DNA from: a virus
Reading direction: 5' to 3' (one strand)
DNA: 64,000 bases
Virus record (IMG/VR): IMGVR_UViG_3300032246_001967
Coordinates: 1 to 64,000 of that record
The notes under the pieces were generated by a model that was not told where the DNA came from, made no database searches, and worked only from the letters and a program-made list of their open reading frames with translations. Shown piece after piece: positions 28,883 through 37,681 of this stretch. A program made the translations under genes and the position numbers. The stretch's first letter is position 1. Every line of letters starts with the position of its first letter.

Positions 28883-30324
28883 TGACCAAAAAAGATCTTC
28901 AAAAGGTATTAAAGGAGTTCTTACTGAAAAGTAAGAGCTCTCTTATTACTGAAGAAACTTTAACACAAGCACAATTAGACAAAAGACAGGATTACTTAAA
29001 AGATTTAATGAAACAAAAAAGTAATCTTGTTAAAAGATATAAAGGCGAAGCTGAAAAAGTAGCCTATGGTCGCGCAACAAACATGGCTAAAAAAGCAGTA
29101 TCAGAAATGAATAAACAAAAATTAAAAGAATTAGTTAAATCTTCATTAATGAAGGAAGACAATAATGAATCATCAGCATTATTTAATGATCTTGAACAAA
29201 AACTAAAATCCCACGATTGGTATTACTATATGTCTGATGATAATAGAGCATACTCAAAGGGTTCAGCCCAACAATCTGAAATTCGTAAAATAATTAAAGA
29301 TTTAGAAAGTATGGGTCAAGGTCAAGAAGCTAAAGATTTATATAACAAATATGCTCCTTATAGAGAAGGTGGTCCTGATCTAAGAATGAAAGAAGATAAA
29401 AAATCATTTCCTGATTTAACAGGTGATGGTAAAGTAACTAAAGCAGATATTTTAAAAGGTAGAGGAATTGATTTAGATGAAGATATTGATTTAGGTCATC
29501 AAGATAATGAACCTCATATGGTTAAAGCTGAACTTTACCAAATTGGTAAATACGCTATGGAATTATATAGTTGGTTAGAAGAAATGGAAGAAACAGGTGG
29601 TGAATATGATTTTCCTGCTTGGTGGCAAGCAAAAATAACTACTGCCAAAGAAAACATTTCAGGAGCTAAACATTATTTAGAGTTTGAATTACAAGAACCT
29701 CAAATTGATGCTACTGTAGATGCTATGACTGGTGAAGAACCTCATGAAGGTGAACCAATGATGGAAGATGAAATTGGTAAAGATGAAGAATTAGCTGGAA
29801 GATTATATAAAATGAAAAATTTTGTTCAACCTGCTTTCTTTAAGAAAATCAGAGGTTTAATTAATTCTGGTGATTTAGAAACAGCTGAATTTTTTATTAA
29901 AAGAATGGAACCAGCAGCCGCTAAAAACGATTTAGAAATGGCTAAATTAAAAGGTGATTTAGAAGATATTGACGCTGTAATTGCTCAACGTAAAAGAGAA
30001 AAACAATTTGCCAATGTGTTCGCTGAAACTATTTCTAAAAAATTAAAAGAAACTTCATACCCTTGGGATAAATGTATTGCTGATAGAAAAGAAGAAGGTA
30101 AATCTGAAGAAGACGCTAAAAAAATATGTGGTTCTATTAAGGCAAAAAATAATGAAGGTATTGAAGAAAAGAAATTAACTACTGCTGAAAAAAATAAAAA
30201 AGAAGAAATAGTTAAATCTTTGAAAAAATCAGGAATGAAAAAAGATCCTAAAATGTATGCTATTGCTACTGCTAAAGCAGAAAAAGTTGCAGAAAATATA
30301 GTTAAAAAATTAAAAAATGACTAA
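28882..30324 (+). CDS. Modular K/E-rich polyprotein-like hypothetical protein
   Basis: Many short modules bounded by ITE, VSE, MKE, LDE, MME, LKE; includes DLTGDGKVTKAD. Confidence 0.6.
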   Translation: MTKKDLQKVLKEFLLKSKSSLITEETLTQAQLDKRQDYLKDLMKQKSNLVKRYKGEAEKVAYGRATNMAKKAVSEMNKQKLKELVKSSLMKEDNNESSALFNDLEQKLKSHDWYYYMSDDNRAYSKGSAQQSEIRKIIKDLESMGQGQEAKDLYNKYAPYREGGPDLRMKEDKKSFPDLTGDGKVTKADILKGRGIDLDEDIDLGHQDNEPHMVKAELYQIGKYAMELYSWLEEMEETGGEYDFPAWWQAKITTAKENISGAKHYLEFELQEPQIDATVDAMTGEEPHEGEPMMEDEIGKDEELAGRLYKMKNFVQPAFFKKIRGLINSGDLETAEFFIKRMEPAAAKNDLEMAKLKGDLEDIDAVIAQRKREKQFANVFAETISKKLKETSYPWDKCIADRKEEGKSEEDAKKICGSIKAKNNEGIEEKKLTTAEKNKKEEIVKSLKKSGMKKDPKMYAIATAKAEKVAENIVKKLKND

Positions 30325-30811
30325 AAACGAACTAAAAGATAAAATCAAAGCTCTAGTTAAACAGGTGTATACAAAAGATACGCCTGTTGATCTAGACTCT
30401 GATATTCATATTGACCTTGATGCGGATGCATTTCCTGTGTTAGGTAAGTTCCCTGATTTAAAACAGATTATAGTCGATTTATTTACAAAACAATACGAAT
30501 TATTTATATCAGATATTCAGTGGGTTGCACCTAAACCTACTACTTTTAGAATAATATTAGCTAATGGTGAGTCATTTTTCTTACATTACACACCAAGAAG
30601 CTGGGTTGCTACTATTGAAGGTAAAAAATATTATCTTGCCTCTTTAGGTGAAGAAGAGCAAGCAGTTCAAACATTAGCAAGAATTTTATCTTATGGCCAA
30701 AAAACAGAAACCACAGAAGCAGGCACCGAAGAAGCAGGAGCAGAAACCGGCGCCGAAGAAACAGGGCAAGAAGAAGTAGCACCTGAAGAAACACCAGCAG
30801 AAGAAGCATAA
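30317..30811 (+). CDS. Hypothetical protein, MTKNELKDKIK leader and acidic tail
   Basis: ORF overlapping the upstream stop. Confidence 0.55.
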   Translation: MTKNELKDKIKALVKQVYTKDTPVDLDSDIHIDLDADAFPVLGKFPDLKQIIVDLFTKQYELFISDIQWVAPKPTTFRIILANGESFFLHYTPRSWVATIEGKKYYLASLGEEEQAVQTLARILSYGQKTETTEAGTEEAGAETGAEETGQEEVAPEETPAEEA

Positions 30812-30813
30812 GT

Positions 30814-32022
30814 ATGAATGAAATAGATTTATTTTTAAAAAAATACAGTTACAAATTCCCTAAAGGATATCCTGATATGAATAATAAACAGGATGTCTTA
30901 TTATTAGAATCCTTATTAAGAGAATTAGGTATTAATTTAAATGAAGGTAATCCTTCATCTAATACTAAAAAAGCAATTGAATTATTAGTTCAAAAATATC
31001 CTGATAAATTTGAAAAACAATCAAATATATATCGTTTGGCTAATAAGGCAAAAATCTCCCCTGAAGAATTTGTTGACATTATTAAAAAAGAATTTAATAA
31101 TGCTAATGTAAAAATCTCACCTCCAGGAACTCCTCCAAATGTTAAACCTTTTGGAAGTAAAAAATTTACTTTATATGAATTTGATACTGAAGATGGTTTA
31201 GTTAGAATATTATTATCTGGAGGTAGAGGTTCTAATTTAGGATTAGAATTTGAAGATAGAATATACAATGGATTAAAAGATGCAGCTGGTGAAGATATAA
31301 ATGATATTGAGGATCCTATTACTGTTAAAATTTTAAAAACATTAAATATTAATCCTAAAAATTTAGATCCTGAAAAAGTAGAATTAACCGGAGGTGAAGA
31401 TACAAAACGCCCTGTTAGTTTTGAAGGTCCAAAAGATAGAGGAAAAACAATTGCTGATATTTCATTAGTTTATAATAATATTCCTTATTATTTGTCTATT
31501 AAAAATGTAGCTGGTAGTGGAATATACAATGGTGGAGTTATACCTGGTATTGTTTATAATAAAGATAAAACAGCTATAGAATTTAATCAATCGGCTTATG
31601 AGTCTGATGAATTTAAAAGTAACTTTTTGAAAGCATTTGGTGTTGATCCTAAAAAAATAGTTGAGGGAATAAATAATTATTTAACTCAAACAGGTAATCC
31701 TACATCATATGAACCTTCAACAGGTAATTTAGATGAAGTTAAAAAATTAATAGGATCTGGTTTAGATTATGGTTATTATTATATTAGACAACTAGGAAAA
31801 GACGATGTTAAAATATACAATATAACATCTGCTGAGGATACCTACAAATTAATAGGAGAACCTACTTCTATAGAAATAAAATACCCAGGTGTTAATACAA
31901 AATCAACCACAGTAAAAGTATCTTTAAAAGATTCAGTATTAGGTTTAAATAGAATTGAAATACAAATCAGAAATGCTAGTGGAGGAGAAGATAGACCTGT
32001 AATTAAAATGACAGTATTTTAA
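30814..32022 (+). CDS. Putative PD-(D/E)xK restriction-like nuclease with LNE-terminated leader
   Basis: GLEFE...TIADISL...YLSIK pattern after leader ...LINLNEG-type site. Confidence 0.5.
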   Translation: MNEIDLFLKKYSYKFPKGYPDMNNKQDVLLLESLLRELGINLNEGNPSSNTKKAIELLVQKYPDKFEKQSNIYRLANKAKISPEEFVDIIKKEFNNANVKISPPGTPPNVKPFGSKKFTLYEFDTEDGLVRILLSGGRGSNLGLEFEDRIYNGLKDAAGEDINDIEDPITVKILKTLNINPKNLDPEKVELTGGEDTKRPVSFEGPKDRGKTIADISLVYNNIPYYLSIKNVAGSGIYNGGVIPGIVYNKDKTAIEFNQSAYESDEFKSNFLKAFGVDPKKIVEGINNYLTQTGNPTSYEPSTGNLDEVKKLIGSGLDYGYYYIRQLGKDDVKIYNITSAEDTYKLIGEPTSIEIKYPGVNTKSTTVKVSLKDSVLGLNRIEIQIRNASGGEDRPVIKMTVF

Positions 32023-32033
32023 TATTTATAATT

Positions 32034-32687
32034 ATGGATTTAAAGCAATTAGTTAAGGAAGTATTAGCAGGTAAAGATTGTTGCACAGCATCAAAACCTA
32101 CTAAAGCGCCTATATTAAATGAAAATTTAGCTCCGCGTGAGATATTATCTGAGGGGTTAAAATATCATATAGACAATAAAAAACCGCTTACTGAGCATTT
32201 GTATCGTGCAGGTTCAACAGAATATTTTAATTTATGGTCAGAAGCAAGATCATTATATGTTAGAGGTATCCTGAATTTTTCAGGTGATGATTTAGATATT
32301 TTAACAGAAACCGATTTAGGTGAATTTACTATTATTAATGGTAAAAAAACACCTTTAGATTTTATTTTTGAAGAAATTGATGAAGAATTAGATGAAGCTA
32401 AAAAATCTAAAAAGAAAAATCCTCCATTAAATAAACCTCATCGTGGTGGTTCTAAGAAATTTTATGTTTATGTAAAAGATCCTAAAACTAAACGTATTAA
32501 AAAAGTATCATTTGGTGCTCAAGGTATGTCTGCTAAGATTAATAATCCTAAAGCAAGACAAGCATTTTCTAAACGTCACAACTGCCCTCAGAAAAACGAT
32601 AAAACTAAAGCTTCATATTGGTCTTGTCGCCTCCCCTCTTACGCTAAGCTTCTAGGATTAAAATCCAATTTTACAGGATATTGGTAG
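32034..32687 (+). CDS. Two-domain hypothetical protein with basic Cys/His C-terminal domain
   Basis: LDEAKK boundary; KKFYVYV...KVSFG...FSKRHNC...YWSC. Confidence 0.6.
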   Translation: MDLKQLVKEVLAGKDCCTASKPTKAPILNENLAPREILSEGLKYHIDNKKPLTEHLYRAGSTEYFNLWSEARSLYVRGILNFSGDDLDILTETDLGEFTIINGKKTPLDFIFEEIDEELDEAKKSKKKNPPLNKPHRGGSKKFYVYVKDPKTKRIKKVSFGAQGMSAKINNPKARQAFSKRHNCPQKNDKTKASYWSCRLPSYAKLLGLKSNFTGYW

Positions 32688-32719
32688 GAAAACTGCCTTT
32701 CCAATATTTATAATGGAAT

Positions 32720-33346
32720 ATGGCTTATGTTTATCTTATAACTAATAAAATAAATGGAAGAAAATATGTTGGTTCTTCTAGAAAATCTCAAATAGATCCT
32801 AATTATTATGGTAGTGGTAAAGCAATAAAAGATGCTTTAAAAAAATACGGAAAAGAAAATTTTCAAAGAGATATACTATGGGAAGGTGAGGGAAATGCTC
32901 GTGATATGGAAACTTACTTTTTAGAGAAAAAAGATGCTGCTAATAATCCTTTATATTATAATATGACTAATGATGCTAGGGGGAATAATCTTCATAAAGA
33001 AGAAACTAAAAAAACAGTTAGTGAAAAATTAAAAGGTAGTAAACTTTCTAAAGAAACTTGTGAGAAAATCTCAAAAGCAAAAATAGGATCAACAACTTCT
33101 AAAAAAGGTAAATCTGATGGTCCTAAACCTAAAGTATCTGAAGCACATAAAGGTAGAATAAGTCCTAATAAAGGAAAAAGTAAACAAGTAGCTTTATATA
33201 AGACATCAGGTGAATATATTAAAACATACTCTAATTACAATGAATTAGCAATAGATTTAAACATCAATCCAGAAACCGTAAGATGTCAATTAGTAGGTAA
33301 AGCTAAAACTATATGTAACAAACAATATAAAGCACAATATGTATAA
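32720..33346 (+). CDS. GIY-YIG homing endonuclease (Seg-like)
   Basis: YVYLITNKINGRKYVGS, YYGSG, KKYGKENF, YYN, NUMOD3-like repeats. Confidence 0.85.
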   Translation: MAYVYLITNKINGRKYVGSSRKSQIDPNYYGSGKAIKDALKKYGKENFQRDILWEGEGNARDMETYFLEKKDAANNPLYYNMTNDARGNNLHKEETKKTVSEKLKGSKLSKETCEKISKAKIGSTTSKKGKSDGPKPKVSEAHKGRISPNKGKSKQVALYKTSGEYIKTYSNYNELAIDLNINPETVRCQLVGKAKTICNKQYKAQYV

Positions 33347-33355
33347 CAAATTGTA

Positions 33356-33745
33356 ATGGATAAACTTACAGATATATTAAGAGAAATTCTTGAAGAAGAA
33401 AAAAAGAAAGAAGATCGTTGTAAACGTATTGCTGATCGTAGATATGATAAACCATCTGCTTATAAATCTGGTGCTATTGTTAGATGCAGAAAAGGAGATA
33501 TTTGGAAAGATATTAAAGAAGAAGAATTAAATGAAGATGAAACTCTTCATAAATGGTTTAAACGTTCTGGTCCAAAAGGTAAAGAAACAGGTTGGGTAGA
33601 TTGTAATGCTCCTGATGGAAAAGGAGGTTATAAAGCTTGTGGTAGAAAAGAAGGTGAAAAACGTTCTAAATACCCTGCTTGTAGACCAACTCCTTCTCAA
33701 TGTAAATCAAAAGGTAAAGGTAAAAATTGGGGTAAAACAAAATGA
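33356..33745 (+). CDS. Basic Cys-rich two-module hypothetical protein
   Basis: LREILEE leader; PSAYKSG..VRCRK and LHKWF...WVDC...CGR...YPACRP modules split by IKEEELNE. Confidence 0.6.
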   Translation: MDKLTDILREILEEEKKKEDRCKRIADRRYDKPSAYKSGAIVRCRKGDIWKDIKEEELNEDETLHKWFKRSGPKGKETGWVDCNAPDGKGGYKACGRKEGEKRSKYPACRPTPSQCKSKGKGKNWGKTK

Positions 33746-33984
33746 TTAAATTACAGAATATAATCACTGAAAATTATGGTGGTAAGGGTGAAATGGTTTT
33801 ACCCCCAAATCATAAAGCAGGTTTAAAAGTACCTAAAGGAGGTTCTTGTTGTGCTAATTGTAAATGGTGGGATAAAGAAAATCAAGTTTGCACTAGTACT
33901 TATTATGCAGAATGGGCAGGAACTAATAAAATTCCTTATGCCGCAGATGAATATTGTACTAACTGGTGGGAACCTATAAAATGA
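33742..33984 (+). CDS. Small Cys-rich metal-binding protein with MIKLQNIITE leader
   Basis: CANC...C...C..W spacing. Confidence 0.55.
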   Translation: MIKLQNIITENYGGKGEMVLPPNHKAGLKVPKGGSCCANCKWWDKENQVCTSTYYAEWAGTNKIPYAADEYCTNWWEPIK

Positions 33985-34250
33985 GACCCTATAAAGATTT
34001 ACAAGTAACAAAAGAATATATCATCAGAGAATTTGATGAAAACATTGACCCAATAGAGTTAATGTGGCATCGTGATAATGAAGACAGAATAGTTGAAATC
34101 ATAGAACCAGGAAATGGTTGGAAATTTCAATTCGATAATGAGTTACCTTGGGATCTTGAGCCTAAAATGTCAATATGTATATTACGACATGAATGGCATC
34201 GTGTTATTAAAGGAACAGGAAATTTAAAATTAAAAATATATAAATCGTGA
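33981..34250 (+). CDS. Cupin-like protein (likely start ATG 33981)
   Basis: WHRD..E and WHRVIKG metal motifs. Confidence 0.65.
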   Translation: MRPYKDLQVTKEYIIREFDENIDPIELMWHRDNEDRIVEIIEPGNGWKFQFDNELPWDLEPKMSICILRHEWHRVIKGTGNLKLKIYKS

Positions 34251-34885
34251 ATAATTTTGACTTAAAAGCATATTTAGCATCCCAAAAATTATTTGAAGCA
34301 GAACAACCTTCAGATGAAATTGAATTAGATCAATTAGATAAAGAAATCAGTTCAGCATTTGCTTCTGGCTTATCAGCTTTACAAGGGCAAACAACAGATA
34401 TTAAAGAACAAATAGAAGAAGCAGATATTCAATTAAATGAAGCTGTTGGTTCATTAATTATATCTTTATTATTATCAGCTCCTAAATTATTAGAAATAAT
34501 TGGAGGAATGGTTAAAAAAGTAGCTACTAAATTTGCTAAAGAAAAAGGAAAAGTAACATCAGGTGATGCTTTTATTCATGCTGGTCATTATTTAGAAGGA
34601 AAATATTTAAGTCTTCTTAAAAAGATTATTAAAGTTACAGGTATTGCTAGAAAAGCAAACATTAAAACAGATGCTGAATTAGAAACAGCAGCTAAAGTAT
34701 TACTTTATTCTGTTTTAGGAATGGCGGCTGTATCTGCTGGTGTTGCTTCCGCGGAATCAATTGGAGGATTTATAGCTGGTAAAGGAGTAGGAACAGCTAT
34801 TTATGGTGTTGCTAAAGGTGGATTAGCAGGTTTAAAAAGTACAGAAATAATTCAAGGTATTAAAGCGTTAGACGCTAAAATATAA
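34247..34885 (+). CDS. Protein with FDLK leader and hydrophobic Gly/Ala-rich helices
   Basis: After LNE: VGSLIISLLLSAP; C-terminal LLYSVLGMAAVSAG...GGLAGLK. Confidence 0.6.
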   Translation: MNNFDLKAYLASQKLFEAEQPSDEIELDQLDKEISSAFASGLSALQGQTTDIKEQIEEADIQLNEAVGSLIISLLLSAPKLLEIIGGMVKKVATKFAKEKGKVTSGDAFIHAGHYLEGKYLSLLKKIIKVTGIARKANIKTDAELETAAKVLLYSVLGMAAVSAGVASAESIGGFIAGKGVGTAIYGVAKGGLAGLKSTEIIQGIKALDAKI

Positions 34886-34938
34886 ATTATAGACTGATTC
34901 ATAGCCAGTCGCTCGTAAGAGATAAAAATATGGTAGCT

Positions 34939-34966
34939 GTGGCACCCCTAAAAAGGTGCCACTTTT
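34939..34966 (+). terminator. Rho-independent terminator
   Basis: GTGGCACC-cctaaaaa-GGTGCCAC plus TTTT. Confidence 0.8.
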
Positions 34967-34969
34967 AAT

Positions 34970-34998
34970 TTGGAAAATTAGATAAAGTACATTATATT
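34970..34998 (+). promoter_or_regulatory. TTGG-N19-TATATT promoter
   Basis: TTGG at 34970, TATATT at 34993, 12 nt before the ATG. Confidence 0.65.
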
Positions 34999-35010
34999 AA
35001 AACGTTAAAT

Positions 35011-36363
35011 ATGACAAAACAAATTGTAATCGTAGGAGCAGGTGTAGCAGGTGTTAATGCTGCCACTAAATTAGTTGACAATGGTTATCCTGGAAAGAAC
35101 ATTACTATTATTGATATGGGTAATGATCCTTACAAACGTAAACCAGAAGAAGTAATGACTGGATTTTTAGGTGCTGGGGGTTGGTCTGATGGTAAATTAA
35201 CTTATCATACAGCAATTGGAGGTCAGTTATCTAAATATGTTGGTGAAAAGAAAGCAATGGCTTTAATGGATGAGGTTATTAATAACTTTAAACGTTTTCA
35301 CCCTAAACCAGAAGAAATGCAATGTTCAAATCCAGTAGCTGAACCTGAATTTATTAAACCATATTTTGGGTTACGTTTATTTCCTGTATGGCATGTTGGT
35401 ACTGATTATTTGTCTGAAATTGGTAAAAATTGGTATGATTATTTAGTATCTAAAGGTATTAATTTTGTTTGGAATGAACGTGTATTTAAAGTTGATCTTG
35501 AATCTGATTTAGTGTATGCTACTATTAATGGTAAAAAAGGTGAGCATGCTTTTCATTATGATCAATTAATTTTTGCTGTAGGTAAATCAGGTATTGATTT
35601 TGTACAAGAAGTTCAAGATGAATACCAATTAGAAACAGAACCAAAATCAGTACAAATTGGAGTTAGATTTGAAGCCCCTCAAAAACACTTCCAGAAACTA
35701 ATTGATATTTCTTATGATTTTAAATTGTATCGTAAGTTTGAAGATAAAGGTGTATCATTAAGATCATTTTGTACTAATAATAATGCCGCTTATGTTGCTG
35801 TAGAAGAAACTTATGGTGATCATAGTTACAATGGTCATGCTAAAAAAGATCCAAAATATAAAAATGATATGACTAATTTTGGTATTTTAATGGAAATTAA
35901 CGGGATTGAAAATCCATTTGAATGGTCTCGTAAAGTGGTAAACGAATTACAATTTGCTAAAACAGGATTATATTATTCCCCATCACGTAAACCATCATTA
36001 ACTTCTGAAGGTAATAGAGTTAGTGCTATTCAAATTGATAATTTAAGTATTGTAAAACAAGGAATGGGTGAATATTGGAATTATATTGAAGATTTTATTG
36101 AAGATATGAAAAAAGTATTTCCAACATTACAAGATGATTGGGGTATTTATGTTCCTGAAGTAAAATATCTATCACCTGAGCCATTAGTTTACTATACTGA
36201 TTTAGCTTTAGTTGATTATCCAGATGTTCATTTTGTAGGAGACGCTTTATCAGCTCGTGGTATTACTGTATCAGGAGCACAAGGAATTTTATCAGTAGAA
36301 AAATTAATTAAAACAGAATGTCCTTGGGATAATTTACATGGAGATATTATTCATTGGAGATAA
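35011..36363 (+). CDS. FAD-dependent oxidoreductase/dehydrogenase
   Basis: IVGAGVAG Rossmann motif, GAGGWSDGKL, IGVRFE, RSFC, FVGD. Confidence 0.85.
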   Translation: MTKQIVIVGAGVAGVNAATKLVDNGYPGKNITIIDMGNDPYKRKPEEVMTGFLGAGGWSDGKLTYHTAIGGQLSKYVGEKKAMALMDEVINNFKRFHPKPEEMQCSNPVAEPEFIKPYFGLRLFPVWHVGTDYLSEIGKNWYDYLVSKGINFVWNERVFKVDLESDLVYATINGKKGEHAFHYDQLIFAVGKSGIDFVQEVQDEYQLETEPKSVQIGVRFEAPQKHFQKLIDISYDFKLYRKFEDKGVSLRSFCTNNNAAYVAVEETYGDHSYNGHAKKDPKYKNDMTNFGILMEINGIENPFEWSRKVVNELQFAKTGLYYSPSRKPSLTSEGNRVSAIQIDNLSIVKQGMGEYWNYIEDFIEDMKKVFPTLQDDWGIYVPEVKYLSPEPLVYYTDLALVDYPDVHFVGDALSARGITVSGAQGILSVEKLIKTECPWDNLHGDIIHWR

Positions 36364-36365
36364 GT

Positions 36366-36394
36366 TTGGCAATTTGGAATAATTTTGTTATATT
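36366..36394 (+). promoter_or_regulatory. TTGG-N19-TATATT promoter
   Basis: TTGG at 36366, TATATT at 36389. Confidence 0.65.
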
Positions 36395-36400
36395 AATATC

Positions 36401-36643
36401 ATGAATACGAAGTATCAACCAAGTAAAAAATTAACTAAAGCTGATGGAACAGTTGCTTATGTTTGGGAAGGCAAATTACATAACTGGGAAGGTCCAGCTT
36501 TAATTACTTCTGAAGGTAAAAAAGAATATCACATTCATGGTATTAAGTATACTCATGATGGTTGGAAAGAAGCAAGACGTAATCGTGAAGGTTTACCTTG
36601 GTATAAAACAGCTATGGGTCAAGCAGGTCAAAATAGAAACTAA
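36401..36643 (+). CDS. Hypothetical protein (GKLHxxxGPA repeat-unit type)
   Basis: EGKLHNWEGPALI...EYHIHG. Confidence 0.6.
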   Translation: MNTKYQPSKKLTKADGTVAYVWEGKLHNWEGPALITSEGKKEYHIHGIKYTHDGWKEARRNREGLPWYKTAMGQAGQNRN

Positions 36644-36645
36644 TT

Positions 36646-37176
36646 ATGAAGATAGGTTTATGTGGAACAATGAGTGTAGGTAAAACTACATTAGTTAATG
36701 CATTGAAGGAATTACCTGAATTTGCTGATTATAATTTTGCAACTGAACGTTCAAAATATTTACGTGATTTAGGTATTCCTTTGAATACTGATTCAACATT
36801 AAAAGGTCAATTTGTATTTTTAGCTGAACGTTGTGCTGAATTAATGCATGAAAATATTATTACAGATAGAACTGTAATTGATGTTATGGCATTTACTAAA
36901 TCAGCTAAATCAATTGATTATAATGACGCTGAAGCATTTTGTGATGCTGCTTATAAATTGATTAATGAATATGATTATATATTTTATATATCTCCTAATG
37001 GTATAGAAATGGAAGATAATGGTGTTCGTGAAACTGATTTAAAATATAGAGAATTAATTGATTTTACTATTAAATTATTAGTTTATAGAAGCCATCATAA
37101 AATTAAAAATTATACTGAACTATCAGGTACAACTGAAGAACGTATTAAAAAAATTAAAGAGACAATTTTTGGATAA
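36646..37176 (+). CDS. P-loop kinase/ATPase, NadR-like (AAA_28)
   Basis: GTMSVGKTTL, ITDRTVID, YDYIFY, EDNGVRE. Confidence 0.8.
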   Translation: MKIGLCGTMSVGKTTLVNALKELPEFADYNFATERSKYLRDLGIPLNTDSTLKGQFVFLAERCAELMHENIITDRTVIDVMAFTKSAKSIDYNDAEAFCDAAYKLINEYDYIFYISPNGIEMEDNGVRETDLKYRELIDFTIKLLVYRSHHKIKNYTELSGTTEERIKKIKETIFG

Positions 37177-37187
37177 TATTTATAATC

Positions 37188-37679
37188 ATGAAAAAATCTG
37201 ATTTAGAAAAAGAAATTAAAGAATATATCGTTGAAATTTTATCTGAAGAAACTATTCAAGAAGAAGATCCTCAAGTTAAAAAAATAAATGATAAAATTCA
37301 AAAAGATCCTGAATTCTTAAAGAAAACAAAAGAAGCAATGGCTAAAGCTGAAAAAGGTGATACTACAGATTTGGCTATGCTTATGGGTGGATTTGGTAAA
37401 ATGTTTGAATCAGAAGATGAAGATAGAGAACCTACTAAAGCTGAATTAGAAAAAGAAAAAGTAAAAGGTGCTCCATCTAAATTTAAAGTACCAAATGATC
37501 AATTTGAAGACTTTAAAACAAAATTAAAAACTTTAGTTAAAAAAATTAAAGACATGGAAAAAGGAGCAGAACGTGATAAGAAAATGGCTGCCCTTAAACA
37601 ATTTATCAAGAAACCTGAATTAGTTAAAGCGTTTAAAGAAAGAGACGTTGAAATTAATACTGGTGGTTTAGTAGGATAA
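37188..37679 (+). CDS. K/E-rich protein with MKKSDLEKEIKE leader
   Basis: Late promoter at 37175; LSE, IQE, MFE sites. Confidence 0.55.
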   Translation: MKKSDLEKEIKEYIVEILSEETIQEEDPQVKKINDKIQKDPEFLKKTKEAMAKAEKGDTTDLAMLMGGFGKMFESEDEDREPTKAELEKEKVKGAPSKFKVPNDQFEDFKTKLKTLVKKIKDMEKGAERDKKMAALKQFIKKPELVKAFKERDVEINTGGLVG

Positions 37680-37681
37680 TT

